Part shown: positions 37,496 through 49,826 of the stretch, piece after piece | How the letters are laid out: the number at the start of each line of letters is the position of its first letter | How positions within the stretch are numbered: position 1 is the first letter of the stretch | From: Botryllus schlosseri | Taxonomy: Eukaryota | DNA: 64,000 nt | Assembly (NCBI GenBank): GCA_051294905.1 | Contig: CM119377.1 | Coordinates: 9,796,001 to 9,860,000, forward strand | Direction of reading: 5' to 3' | Position numbers and translations under genes: made by a program | The notes under the pieces: model-generated | The model's database searches: none | What the model was told of the DNA's origin: nothing | The model's input: only the letters and a program-made list of their open reading frames with translations

Positions 37496-38608
37496 CCTGA
37501 TAAAGATACCCAAAACGTGAATAACAACAGCAGCGGGTATAGAGAGCATTTTCATGTACACTGATAGCCATTACAATTCCACATTCTACAATACATGTAG
37601 GAGTGGTCGCTATTGTGCTAAATGGACAAGTTTAGTCGGATAACAATTAACAACTACTATCTCTTGAAGTACCGGTATAAATTATTCGAAGTACATGAAA
37701 ATAGCATCCTCATTTACAAATATTTTTTCAGTAAAAAACACTAGATTTGCCGAATTTCGAAAGAAAATACACTGGGAGACTAGATCCAGTCAAAATACTA
37801 TCTAGTGTAAAAACACAGGGAGTGGCACCACTGACCACAAACAACGACAACGTAGGCTATGTAACTATAGCTATCACATACCACAATTAAGGATTATAGG
37901 TATTGCAGTTGAACACAGCATAAAGGCCACAAACAACGACAATGCAGCATATGCAAGTAGCTATCACATACCACAATTTAACGTAGCTATGGATGGAATA
38001 TTCATAACAGATACATAAGTAAGGGAATGTATTTGCTCTGCATTACGTATTGGCCGCCGCTACTATATAATTCCTTCAAGACTGTTGGATTCCGAAATCG
38101 ATAGCGCGTTTCACTGTGTTGCGATTGTCCAATTGTTAGCGAATAGTGCACGAGGCTGATTCGTTTGTGCCTTACCTGGCTATTGTTTCTCTGTGATGGC
38201 ATTGTCTATAATAAAGCCGAATGTCACCTTCATCGACGATTTTGGGGGGTTCTGGTGCTCTGACACTGTTAATATTTGGTTTTCGAAATCAGTGTGACGA
38301 TGGCATTTGATTGATACCAGTTATTATTAATAACGAGCTAATTATGATGAATTGCATTGTCGCAGGTGAGGCACGACCCGCCCGTGCCTCACATGTGCCT
38401 CACTTCTCCTTTCGCGCTGTATTTTTCAATAATAATTATGCGAATTCATGATGTTGGGTGAAAAAATGTTCAAATTTAGTCATTTATGGACATCGATGTA
38501 AAATATCAATAATCATCGACTCATTGAGGGTTTTCACAATTTTCACTTACTCGCCCTGACGACAGGTGAGGCACTGTCTCACCTGCCTCATTGGACCGCA
38601 CGTCAATG
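37426..38608. mobile_element. hAT-type element (CAGTGACGTGC TIR; TGAGGCA motifs)
   Basis: TIR cagtgacgtgc/gcacgtcaatg and a perfect 8-bp TSD CCACTACT. Confidence 0.85.
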
Positions 38609-38945
38609 CCACTACTATATATCATCACGCATCGACCAAGCAGTGTGAGCTTTAACTTGGACTGTCTGTTGACTGATCCGCGTATGGAAAATCCGGTCAT
38701 AGAATTTGTTGTATTGTGTAGACGTATCTGATTCATTTATTAGCTCCCCCAGGCCTGGTGCACAAGACCTTAGTAGTCGAGCACCATAAACCCCTTATAC
38801 ATACATACTATATATCATGTAATCTTCATGTACAGTAGTTTCGCGTTATCACACATTCCGCCATTAACCTGTATGGTAAGGAAACACTGCACTTTTGTTA
38901 AGGAACACAATCCTTCGCCATATCGACATTTATCGTAATTTCACC

Positions 38946-41099
38946 CAGAGTTAGAACAATTACAATATTGTTTTTCAATTACAATTACAATTACTCAATG
39001 CTAAAAATATCAAATTACAACTACTGTTAAACATGTATTAATTACAATTACAATTACTTTTAAACAGGTAATTGATTCAGTAAAGAGTAGGGATGGTGTG
39101 AACCTCTGAAAGGTTCAGGTTCGTGTGAACGCGAGCCTTTTTGAAAGGTTCTGTGTGAACACGAACGTGAACCTCATGACGTCACGTGACGTCATATTGC
39201 TAATTCCAACCCTATCTTTCAATGAAGTGATAGCCTATATTAGCGTACACTGTACCTAGCGACGACTCGGGCCACATCATGTCACAATGCAGAAGTACAT
39301 GTTGGCGTTTTAAACGTCACTAAATGTTTCAACTGGGGCAATCAAATGATATAATACTCCTATAAAATCAATATCTTCCGTCGCTTTGCCGACAATTTCG
39401 ACGAGGACTTACCAGGAAATATAAGCTTACGCCTCAACGGTCTAGGCCAGACCGGACAATGTATTCGGCGTCTGAGTAGCCTATCGCTACATTGATATTG
39501 AGCTGAGTGTAAAACTGGTTTCTATACTTGCTACCGATATTACCCCATTAACAAGTTTTACAGCTGTAGACAACACCTCAATCACAAGGATTTGGTTCTC
39601 GTGATGCAGTAAAGATATGAAGTCAAGATTGCCCGTACCCCTGCTAGCTTTTTTGCATCTGAAAACGATATCAATCTCATTGATTGCGGGTTGAATATAA
39701 GCATCATTCGCTGACTACGTATTTCGCTCGTGATGTTGTGTGATCGCAGGTCAAACTCACAGCAGAGAGACACTAAATATTCACAAACGGAAAGCTGAAT
39801 ATTTCGAGCAAACATTTGTTACAAAGCAAGTAAAACTTTTGAGATTGTCAAGGTTCATGCTCGTTTATAGTGTTAATTTTTAATGCTGCCAGCGCCATGC
39901 ATAGAGTGGCCCGCAGTTGAAATGCAATTATTATGAACCAAAGATGTTATAATGAAGTGAAAATTGTAATATATGAAAAAGGTTCACAGTGCAGAACCTA
40001 CCAAGGTTCTGTTGTGAACGCGAACCTCTAAATTTCCGAGGTTCACACACAGAACGCGAACGTGAACCTCACGTTCACACCATCCCTAGTAAAGAGGAGT
40101 TTTTTGACAACCGTAGCGACGTTATTAGCAACAATCTCAAGCTATTCATGTTTCATTCCTGATATGTAGAATACCCTTTAATTAAAACACTCGAACCCAC
40201 GTATTCGAACTATTCCAAATCATGAGTGCTGAAAACTACAAGCACAGAAAAATGTTTCAAGCGACTTTTAAGAACCAAAGGTTTGAGCGACTAACAGCGA
40301 ATAGGCTACAGGACAGTCAATGAAACGTAATCAAACGATTAGGCTACTCAGGATAGTCAGGAGTCAGGATAATGAAATGTAATGGGTAAGGCGTCAGCGA
40401 TAAGGATGATAAGGTGCGTAAAATTAAAATAAATGCAAAAGGAAAGAACCTCCTGATAACTAAGAAGTACAATATTTTGGTTCGCATTCACATTTTCACT
40501 TACCCGGAAACTGTTAGATTGCATTTGATGAACATTAGGGTGCGAAAAGTTTCTGGCCCCAGTAAATTAGGCCAAGATTGGAGGTAAGATTGGGATAACA
40601 TCTCTACAAATGCGTGATCAAGTTTGATGAAGCCTTGGTTGGAAACTTGAATGGACGCTCCCAGTTTGAGAACCACTGGTTTAGCCTATATTGTAATTCA
40701 CAAAGTTTTCTGTTGCTATCGAAGTATGGGAAACAGTTTAGCGTGACTGAATTATCTATAGTTATAACGCAGCACGCATAGAATACGGATGTAAATAAGC
40801 TAATTATTACATTTCGTGACTGTTTACTAAGGCCTTAAGGCACCTCGTCGTCATCCTGGCCTGTACCGAATTTTCACTGGTGCGACGAATAAATGATTGA
40901 TTAAATGATTATTTTATGTTGTGATTGTCAGGTCTCCATGAAAATGTAATTGAGATTGTAATTGATCAAAATTTTGATCCAATTACAATTACAATTAGAA
41001 TTACACAAAATAGAAATGCTTCAATTACAATTACAATTACATGAAAAAATGTAAAAATTACATTCAGCTCAATTACAAATTCCAATTGATCCAACTCTG
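38946..41099. mobile_element. hAT-type MITE with (CAATTA)n repeats, interrupted by nested inserts
   Basis: TIR cagagtt.ga.caatt. TSD ATTTCACC/ATTTCATC (7/8). Confidence 0.8.
39088..40088. mobile_element. Nested hAT-type MITE (TAGGGATGGTGTGAAC TIR)
   Basis: Perfect TIR and perfect 8-bp TSD GTAAAGAG. Confidence 0.92.
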
Positions 41100-41684
41100 A
41101 TTTCATCAAGCGTATTGCAACGGATCTCGCCATTATTCATTTGCGCAAAATACTCCACGACAAACATCGCTGCAAAGCTTCATTGTAGATTCTCAGAGAA
41201 TAATTTTGATAGAGACTGATCATCTTTTTATCAAAGTGTTATGACACGGTGTTATATTCTGCGTTTGCTGACTGCGAAGATTGTGTTTTGACCTTGAGAG
41301 GGCGGGTCGTTACCGATATACTCTCAGCTGATTGATCACCGCGCGTGTTCTAACATTTGCAGATGAGGAATTCGGATGTCGGTGTATTTCGTTGTTACAG
41401 ATTTCTAGGTGTCCTGATACGTGAGTCATCGATGATTGGCGATTGGCGAATCCTATGAAATATGATGGGCTGATTATAATGAGGTTCACTGGGCTTCTGG
41501 GTCACGTGACTCACGTGAGCAACATCAACTTACCAAGGCGCTGTCAGGTCACGCGAAAACAAAGCAGAAATGCCCTGCGCAAACAAGCGTGATTCGTGTA
41601 GGCATCAGACGCCTTATCCATTCATACTGGCCTAGTTCATCATGATGATCGTCATCATTTAAATCAGGGGCACTATGACAATTT

Positions 41685-42971
41685 CAAAGGTGGTCAGTAA
41701 CGAAGTACTGCTACTTTTTCGAAGTACTCAAGTAGTTTTCCTATACTTCTGGTACTTACTCAAGTAGATCTTATTTTCGCTACTTCTACTTCTACTTCGT
41801 ACTTTTTTGTGATCTACTTACTTACTTTTCGCTATTTTCAGTTTGTCAAGTAGAAGTAGTTTAATCCTCCAATCAGGAAGATAGCCAGAGGAATTTCAGG
41901 GCTGTTTTCAAGGAGTATCAACATTTAATTGTCATAAAAGTTGAGTAAAGCCCAGAATTTTCGTCGCGCTCCGCGCTCAGTGGATACGGAGTAACCAGCA
42001 TGATTTCACGAAAGTTTTGGTGAATATAATTTAGGTAACGGGTTGGCGTGGTTCCGCTCACACCGCATTGTCGCCCTTTGCCCGTATGAAACATTTCATC
42101 ACAGTATATATATGGCTCATCATAACTTTTGAAACTGATGTTTAGCAATCTAGCATTTCCCTTATCAAATCGTAATCTAGCAGTCCATGGCGTATCCTAA
42201 TCTGGAAAAGTGGAATCAGACTTTTCTCAGTTTTAGAGCTGTTTTAGCTTACCACCTTTGAAACTTTATGGACCAAAGACATATGAAATACATTTTCCGC
42301 TTTTAGAATTAGTATTTATATTTCACTTTCAATTCTCAGTATCATATATTTTGAGTTATAATTGATATCAGTTCTTTTGTCTGGATAACATACATGTTGA
42401 AGTATAAAAGCAAGTGTAGTGATACCTTTTATTTCCGGAAATAAAGATACACAATTTGGCATTCTTACGATCCACCATATTTTTTATTCACGTTTTCTAA
42501 TCGCGCAAAGTGTTTACTCCGTATCCTATACAACTTCTCCCTATTGCTCTTCGACTAAACTACGGGCCTTATAATATGGGGGGTACGCCATACCATGATA
42601 TTTTCCAAAACGTCCTGCTCGATTAAACATAGGATTAGTATCGCATTTCCATATCAATATCATCATTTTTATCCCACTATGCGGACGAATGCTTATGCTG
42701 TCGTATATTGGATACCTCGTGATATGCATCAATATGAATTAAGCTCGAACCTTTTCGCATAGCTCAATTGACAGCATGCGAACGAATTACGATCGTTTTC
42801 ACAACTACTTACTTACTTGAGTAGATTTAAAGTCGGTCAATTCTACGTCTACTTCAAGTAGTTTTAGGTTGCTTGTGGAAGAAGTACTTCTACTTGCACT
42901 TGAGTAGATTTTTTTCGTCGCTACTTCTACTTCTACTTGAGTAGCTTTCTTGACTACTTTGACCACCTCTG
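41685..42971. mobile_element. hAT-type MITE (CA(A/G)AGGTGGTCA TIR)
   Basis: TIRs and a perfect 8-bp TSD GACAATTT. Confidence 0.9.
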
Positions 42972-43169
42972 GACAATTTTCTGCAACTGCGATTTTAACG
43001 TTTATGTGACAAGCAAGAGGAAAGTTTATTCAGAATTTCTGAAAGCTTAAACCACCATGCTTTTACATTGCTGAGTAACTCTAGTCGGCCCATCTACACT
43101 CTTTATCTACTGCCGCGGTGATGAGAGTAACTATAGTTACATATACGTCACAGGCTGTAGATCTCAGAT

Positions 43170-43480
43170 CAGTTTTACCAGAACCAGTGCCATCTGTTTA
43201 TTTGAAGGCTACTGGGTTAGCGACGTTGCAATCTTCGGTGTTTGCTTATGTACAAGGATATGAAGGCTATAGTTTAGGGGACTCGTCTGGTACGGTAAGG
43301 TCGTATCCAGCAGTGCAAAAAAATGTGTGAAGAATATTTTGCTCTTTCGATCCACTTACACTTGTGAGCAAGGATTTTCAAGAATGTGCATTCTGCTTTG
43401 TGCATGATGAGCAACAAATTTCGTGCCAGATGTTCCGTTGAACATAATTTACCAACACTTCTCGAAATAGATTTACTCGT
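43170..43480 (+). pseudogene. hAT (Charlie/Buster-type) transposase C-terminal remnant
   Basis: LFEGYWV..., FRSTYTCEQGFSRM (43345-43386) and NKFRARCSVEHNL match the F.STYLCE.GFS.M...K.K.R.RL.VE..L dimerization-domain pattern. Contains stops and frameshifts. Confidence 0.65.
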
Positions 43481-43642
43481 GGAGTAGCGTCAAGCATCCA
43501 TCAAATTAAATAATGTTTGAAAGTTGTATTCTCACCTTTTGACTTTGCGCATCCTGTCAAGTATTCATTCAAATTTAGATTAACGATCCTCAATTAACCG
43601 TCATCTGTCTCGTGCAAAGTTTAACTGTAGGCTAGTGTGAAC

Positions 43643-44555
43643 CAAAGTTGGATCAATTGTAATTTGTAATTGAGCTGAATTACATTTTTTCATGTAATTG
43701 CAATTGTAATTGAAGCATTTCTATTTTGTGTAATTGTAATTGTAATTGTAATTTGATCAAAATTTTGCTCAATAACAATCTCAATTATATTTTCATGGAA
43801 ACCTGACAATCACAACATAAAATAATCATTTAATCAATTATTTATTCGTCGCACCAGTGAAAATCTGGTACGAACCAGGATGATAACGAAAGGCCTTAAG
43901 GCCTTAGTAAACAGTCACCGCATGCAATAATTAGCCTATTTACATCGGTGTTCTATGCGTGCTGAGTTATAACTAGATAACTAGATAATTCACGCTAAAC
44001 TGTTCCCCATACTTCAGTACAGGGATATCTTGAAACTCTAGACAGACTTCTAGATATCCCTGCTTCAGTAGCAACAGAAAACATTGTGAATTACAATATA
44101 GGCTAAACCAGTGGTTCTCAAACTGGGGGCGTGCCCCCTTGGGCGGCATGAAAGCATCTGAACGGGGCGCGACGCTCCAGTGAACTTAAATCTTTTCCGC
44201 GCTTGGCCCGATTCACCTCCGTCTTGATGCTCGGTGTATAGTCGGAATTTCGTATTGGAGAATTCTCTCATCAACAGCCATAACCTTCCATACCATCAAA
44301 CTATATGTGAGGATTGCTAACTTTCTGGTTTCATTGTGTGCTATGACCATAAGGGGGGCACGGAATATTCACTGTCATAAAGGGGGGCGTGTCTAAAAAA
44401 GTTAGAGAACATGTTTAACAGTAATTGTAATTGTAATTGCATTTTGATATTTTTAGCATTGAGTAATTGTAATTGTAATGTAATTGAAATATGCAAGGAA
44501 GTAATTGTAATTATAATTGTAATTGAATAAAAATATTGCAATTGATCCAACTCTG
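43643..44555. mobile_element. (CAATTA)n hAT MITE, inverted copy of the 38946-41099 family
   Basis: TIRs and a perfect 8-bp TSD GTGTGAAC. Contains nested MITE 44109-44410. Confidence 0.9.
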
Positions 44556-45643
44556 GTGTGAACTGCACAATTTGCTCGTGTCTTGAATATGACATCATAT
44601 TAGAAGCAAGTATTAAAATACGTGGTTGTTGTTCGGAAATCCGCTACTATACGATTTTGCATGAATGGCAACCGAAAATCTACTTTCACAAATAAATGTG
44701 TTGGCGAACCGACTAATACGGCGTAACACTTCCAACAACGCCTTTGGGTAATACGGCAACATGAGGCATGTATCAAAATAAGAAAAATATGTGCCAATAA
44801 GCATATCGCGTCCAGCCTATTCATTTCTATCCAGCAGCTCATGTTGATCTTCTGGTATATGGGGGTTATGTCTACAAGGTTTCAACCCCTTGGGACGTAC
44901 TGGGAAAAATAGCTTGGACTGCGACTGCGAATCTTCATGTTCACTAAAGTAATGAGCATGACAACTTCAACTCCAGGAAGTTTGCAAACATTGCGAAGTT
45001 TTTGCGGATAAGCACTGTAAAGTAGAAAGTTGTTTAGGGATATTTTTGCGACAGTTGCACTAGTGAAACGGTCATAACGACTCGGCGAAATCGGCACCGG
45101 AATATATTTTATAAAATTGCACCTGTACTTGGGCTCGCGAAGATGCATGTTGCTAGTTTGAATGTAGCCGTTTGAGATTGACTGTACTATGATTATGCGA
45201 CCGCTCAATCCCATCTTCATTTTAAAACTACTTATTTGAGTACTTCTCAGGGTTCCATCTTCCACTTCCATCTGTAGTAGGTTTGTCATTTCTTGGAAAT
45301 CACACCTTCTACTTGTAATTTCGTAGAAATTTACAACGTGATGATTTACCTTGGCGAGAAAATTGTAAACTAGGTTGGAGTGTAATTAGAGTAGTGTGTA
45401 GTTAGAATGCATGATATACCCCGTTATCGGGCGGGTATTGGTCAATGCGGTTGCATGCGGAAATTCTCCTACTAATGTTAAGAAACGGCTATGAGCGACT
45501 TAGACATAATTGATATCCGTTATTTCAGCATTGTTATACATAATTTGAAGTGAAATATTCAAACAACTATAAAAACGAATTTACAACTGTCTATGATTGT
45601 CTATTATATAGTCGTGGGATTTTCAGGGCGCTATAGCCTACAG

Positions 45644-46477
45644 CAGGGGTGTCAAACTCAACTGGCGTCGCGGGTTGGATTCAACCTTCAGATCGCTCGC
45701 GGCCGGACCAGTTAAATTATTTCAAAGTTGTGCCTTAAAATCCATTCCCTCGTTTCTCACGTATACTTCATCAATCATGCCTTATACAATCGTATATTAT
45801 ATTAAATTACGGATTACAGGGGTTCTATTCTCGCAGCACATATGTTGGCAAACAATGGAATTGGCAAGAATCCGATGATTGGCCGGTTGAATACATAACG
45901 CATACATATGCTGACATATTAATATGTTTCCTTTGCGCAGACGTAGGAATTGCTTCACTATTATTTAATCGCAATTCGGGTTTTTTTCTGGGGCCGGTAT
46001 CTTTTGAGTCAGAAGCGATTCATCAGTGCGACCACATAAATTCGAAGTATAGTTTTGTGTAACTATTTCCATTCTCCATGTAACCTGCACATAACGGTCT
46101 CTCATTGGCGTTTTCGCTGCTGTAAATACCTCATTTTGGTCAATATCTCCATAAAACTATGCGCTCAGTGTGCACTGTGCAATTTTATGTCTTCCGGAAT
46201 CGGGTGTCAATGACGTATTCTTAATGGTGAACAGAATGACACCTGAACACCGCTGTCGGCGTCGGGTGGTTATAATGACATCTATGAACATACTCGTCAT
46301 TTGCAGTCTTGAGGGATTATTTAATCGGTGTATTTATTACTAAAAATATCAACAATTGTTAGACATATACTGGAGAATACATGCATTTTTTTCAATCTAT
46401 TCAGTATCGCTTCGCGGGCCGGATGAAATGGTCTGGCGGGCCGGATGCGGCCCGCGGGCGTATGTTTGACACCCCTG
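45644..46477. mobile_element. hAT-type element (CAGGGGTGTCAAAC TIR)
   Basis: TIRs present. TSD GCCTACAG/GCCTTCAG (7/8). A faint transposase-like NRMTPEH lies near 46230. Confidence 0.85.
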
Positions 46478-46619
46478 GCCTTCAGTGATGAAATAATAGG
46501 ATATGTTTAATAGAAATACTAATTATGAATTCACGCGCATTACGCGAAACAGAAAGTAATTCATATACGTTGTTGTTTTATCATCCAAGGTGTTTTGGAT
46601 AGGCTGCCTTATTAATTTT

Positions 46620-46710
46620 ACACCAGGCCGATTTTTTTCATGATACCTAGGATGTCGACTTTTAGCACGGCCCATAGTCATTCTTGACTTTTGTAGCACA
46701 CCACCTACAC
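46620..46710 (-). mobile_element. SINE body fragment (same family)
   Basis: caccaggccgattttt...gacttttagcacgg...gacttttgtagcacacc. Confidence 0.5.
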
Positions 46711-47699
46711 GGATCGTGTATGAATCAACCTTGTATTTGTAAATTTTGACCAATACTTCGGATTGCTGCCCGGTATCGCGCTGTGAGCGTCGTAAAATCC
46801 TTCCCACGGTCAATATTTGGACTTGAAGATGCCTATACGGTTGTTTATATTAGGGAGATTGGGATCTTTGTGCTCTGATCGTTCGCCAATACTTGAAACA
46901 TGATCGCCCGATTAAAAGATTTAAAGAATTATATGAGCCGGCAAACTCGCATTGATCCTAGCCCATGACGTGAAATGAGATTTGCAGTTTGACAATTGAC
47001 ATGTTAACCGACAAAAATAGCTGCTTTCGCTATGACATCGCAATGCCATACTGAAACGGAGAAAACATATAAGGCTCTTTTGATGATGTGTTATGGCTCT
47101 CTGATAATTTTTTATTTGGCGCTTGATTCGGATCTTATCTATCGATATTGGTGCATTTTCAAAACGACCAGAATTTATATTATTTTGGTATCCGTGACCT
47201 GTCTTTGTGAGGTCAAGACAGTGGCGAATGCAAAGGGGTTTTAGGGACTCGGAACCATCTATTTCAAAATGCAAAAAACATTTGTCAAAAATTGCCTGCT
47301 GATAAATGCTAATTTAATAGCAGTCCAATATATAATAGTTTATTTCTATATTAGGATAAACACGATACCTTGAAGTTTTCGAATATTCTACATCGGACAA
47401 ATCTAATCCAACGAGCTCGATACGAAGTTTCTATACTTGTATGCCGTATTTCGCGTTACCAAACATCGGATTGCACAACATGCTGATGGATCATAGTGAA
47501 AAGCAGACATGGCGATAGGCGACGCCTTATGATAATGCAGTTTTCAAATCCGAATTGTTTTCCAGATCATGTCAACGAGAAATGAGCTTGTTGGGCAGCT
47601 AGCAGGCACTGTCAATAAAATGCAGGGTTGTTGCGCCAGACGTGGACAACTAGATAATTCTTGTTGTCTAATTTCGCTAAATTAGAGCGAAATGCCACT

Positions 47700-48075
47700 A
47701 ATCTAATTTTAATCTAATTCTAATTCTAATCTAATTTGGAAAAAAAACCTGTGTAGCTCCAATTCTAATTCTAATTCTAATCTAATTTGGAAAAAACCTG
47801 TGTAGCTCTAATTTTAATTCTAATTCTAATCTAATTTGGAAAAAGCCTGCGTAGCTCTAATTCTAATTCTAATTCTAATCTAATTTGGAAAAAACCTGTG
47901 TAGCTCTAATTCTAATTCTAATTCTAATTCTAATCTAATTTGGTAAAAGCTGTGTAGCTCTAATTCTAATTCTAATCTAATCTGGAAAAACTTGTGTAGC
48001 TTTAATTCTAATTCTAATCTAATTTGGAAAAAACTGTATAGCTCTGATTCTAATCCTAATCTAATTCGGAAAAGC
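47700..48075. repeat. Minisatellite, about 8 copies of a 42-56 bp unit
   Basis: Unit (ctaatt)n-ctaatctaatttggaaaaaacctgtgtagct. Confidence 0.95.
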
Positions 48076-49379
48076 TGGAAATTTTCTAGCTGTCCAAGTT
48101 TGTGTGGCGCATCATTATCAGTTTAGAAAAATATCCGTCGTTGAAGTTATTATCCGGTTTATAGGAACGGATTTAACCATAAGCAAAACTGTGGTGTGGT
48201 TACACTTGCGCACGCTGGATGTGCTACTTGGAAATCCGCCAATCTGTAAAAAGAGTGTTACTGAACAACAAACAGTCGATTCCCGCGTTAACTGTTGTTT
48301 TTTGTTGATTTTGCTTTAGAATGTACTTGATATTTTCCCCGAGTTTCGAAAAATATCATATGACTTGCATAAAAATACAGCTAAAAATATGTAGCTAGCA
48401 AACGGTTTCCGACTACAGTCGCTAAGGTAAAACGTCGCATGCCCAACTGCCGTTTTTCTTTGTGGTGGCTGATCCTTTTCTCTCATCCTTGTCCGTATAC
48501 GTATGAGTAGGCTATTCCATTGGTAAGCGTATAGGACAGTGGTTTTCAACCTTTTTGTGTGCGCAGACCACTTTTGGACCGTCACGGACCCCCGTTGATC
48601 TCCCAAAGTTTTAGTTCACATAGAACTGAATTGTCGTGCAGCCGTAATCTGTCTGGTGCAAATATTAACCATAGGTTAGTGATAAACAGCAACGAAATGT
48701 ATTCTTCTGAAAATTACATCATACTATTTATGTAAAAATTGGGTAGACTTTTATTAGTTTAAAGCGAATTCTGTAGCTGCATTGAAATACGTGATCATGT
48801 CTTGAAAATCCACGCCATCGATTTGATATGCACGAGTGTGGAAAATAAAATGATATAGGTGGCGGGACATGTAATGATGACACGGAACGTTTCCGACGAC
48901 ACCTTTGGGTAAGATCGCAACAGCTATGGCACCAAAATTGAGAAACAGATTTATAATAAACATATAACGTCCAGGCTACATTCATTTCTATATAGCAGCT
49001 CATCTTGAAGTTATTCTGGAATAGTGGTTCTGTATAATTGCTGATACGAAACTTGTCATCTCAATGAGTTCGCGGTCTATTCGATGAAATGCGGATTTCA
49101 GAATTGATCTTCTTCGGTAGGTATTGCTTCTCGCTAGAAAATGTTGACGGTATCGCTGACAGTTATTTTTCGTTGTGTCCCATGACCTGCGATGGTATAC
49201 CAAGTCCGACTTCTTTACGGATATAAATACTTAATTCGCAACGGCATGGTATGACCGCGTCCTGAGTTACCTCCTGATCTGACAGCAAAACGACGCTTAC
49301 AGTTGCCTCAAATTAGGTATTGATTAAATGGATATAGAGTTGAATAGTGGAAGAGTCCCATATCGGTAAGAATAGAGGT

Positions 49380-49826
49380 GGCAAGAAACGAAGTAGGCCA
49401 CTTCTACTTTGTCGGAGTAATCGAATAGATTTCCTTTACTGGCAGTACTTATACTCAAATAAAGCTAATTTTCCGCCTCTTCTACTTCTACTGGGTCAAT
49501 TTTGGTAACTTATTCACTTATATTTAGCTATTTACAGTTTGTCAAGTAGAAGTATTTTCGTCTTCTAGTAAAAATAAGTAAGGAATGGAGAAATTCAAAG
49601 ACATCTCTTTGAACCGTCTGCATGTGTCAGTTTCCAGATGTTGACGGTCCCCGAGAGCGTATTTATGACCGCTTTTCAAAATTACTCACTTACTTGAGTA
49701 TAGTTTTCAAAGAGAACAAATTATATTTCTACTTGTAATAATTTTGGGATGCTTCTTCTACGCTACTTCTATTTCGACTTGAGTAACCTTCTCGCCTACT
49801 TGACCACTCGCCTACTTGACCACTCG
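49380..49826 (-). mobile_element. Degenerate copy of the CAGAGGTGGTCA MITE family
   Basis: ctacttctact/ttgagta motifs. cagtttgtcaagtagaagta is shared with 41840. Confidence 0.55.

Noticed and set aside
47700-48075. CRISPR-like appearance of regularly spaced repeats
   Set aside because: No unique spacers, eukaryotic context and no cas genes. It is a minisatellite.
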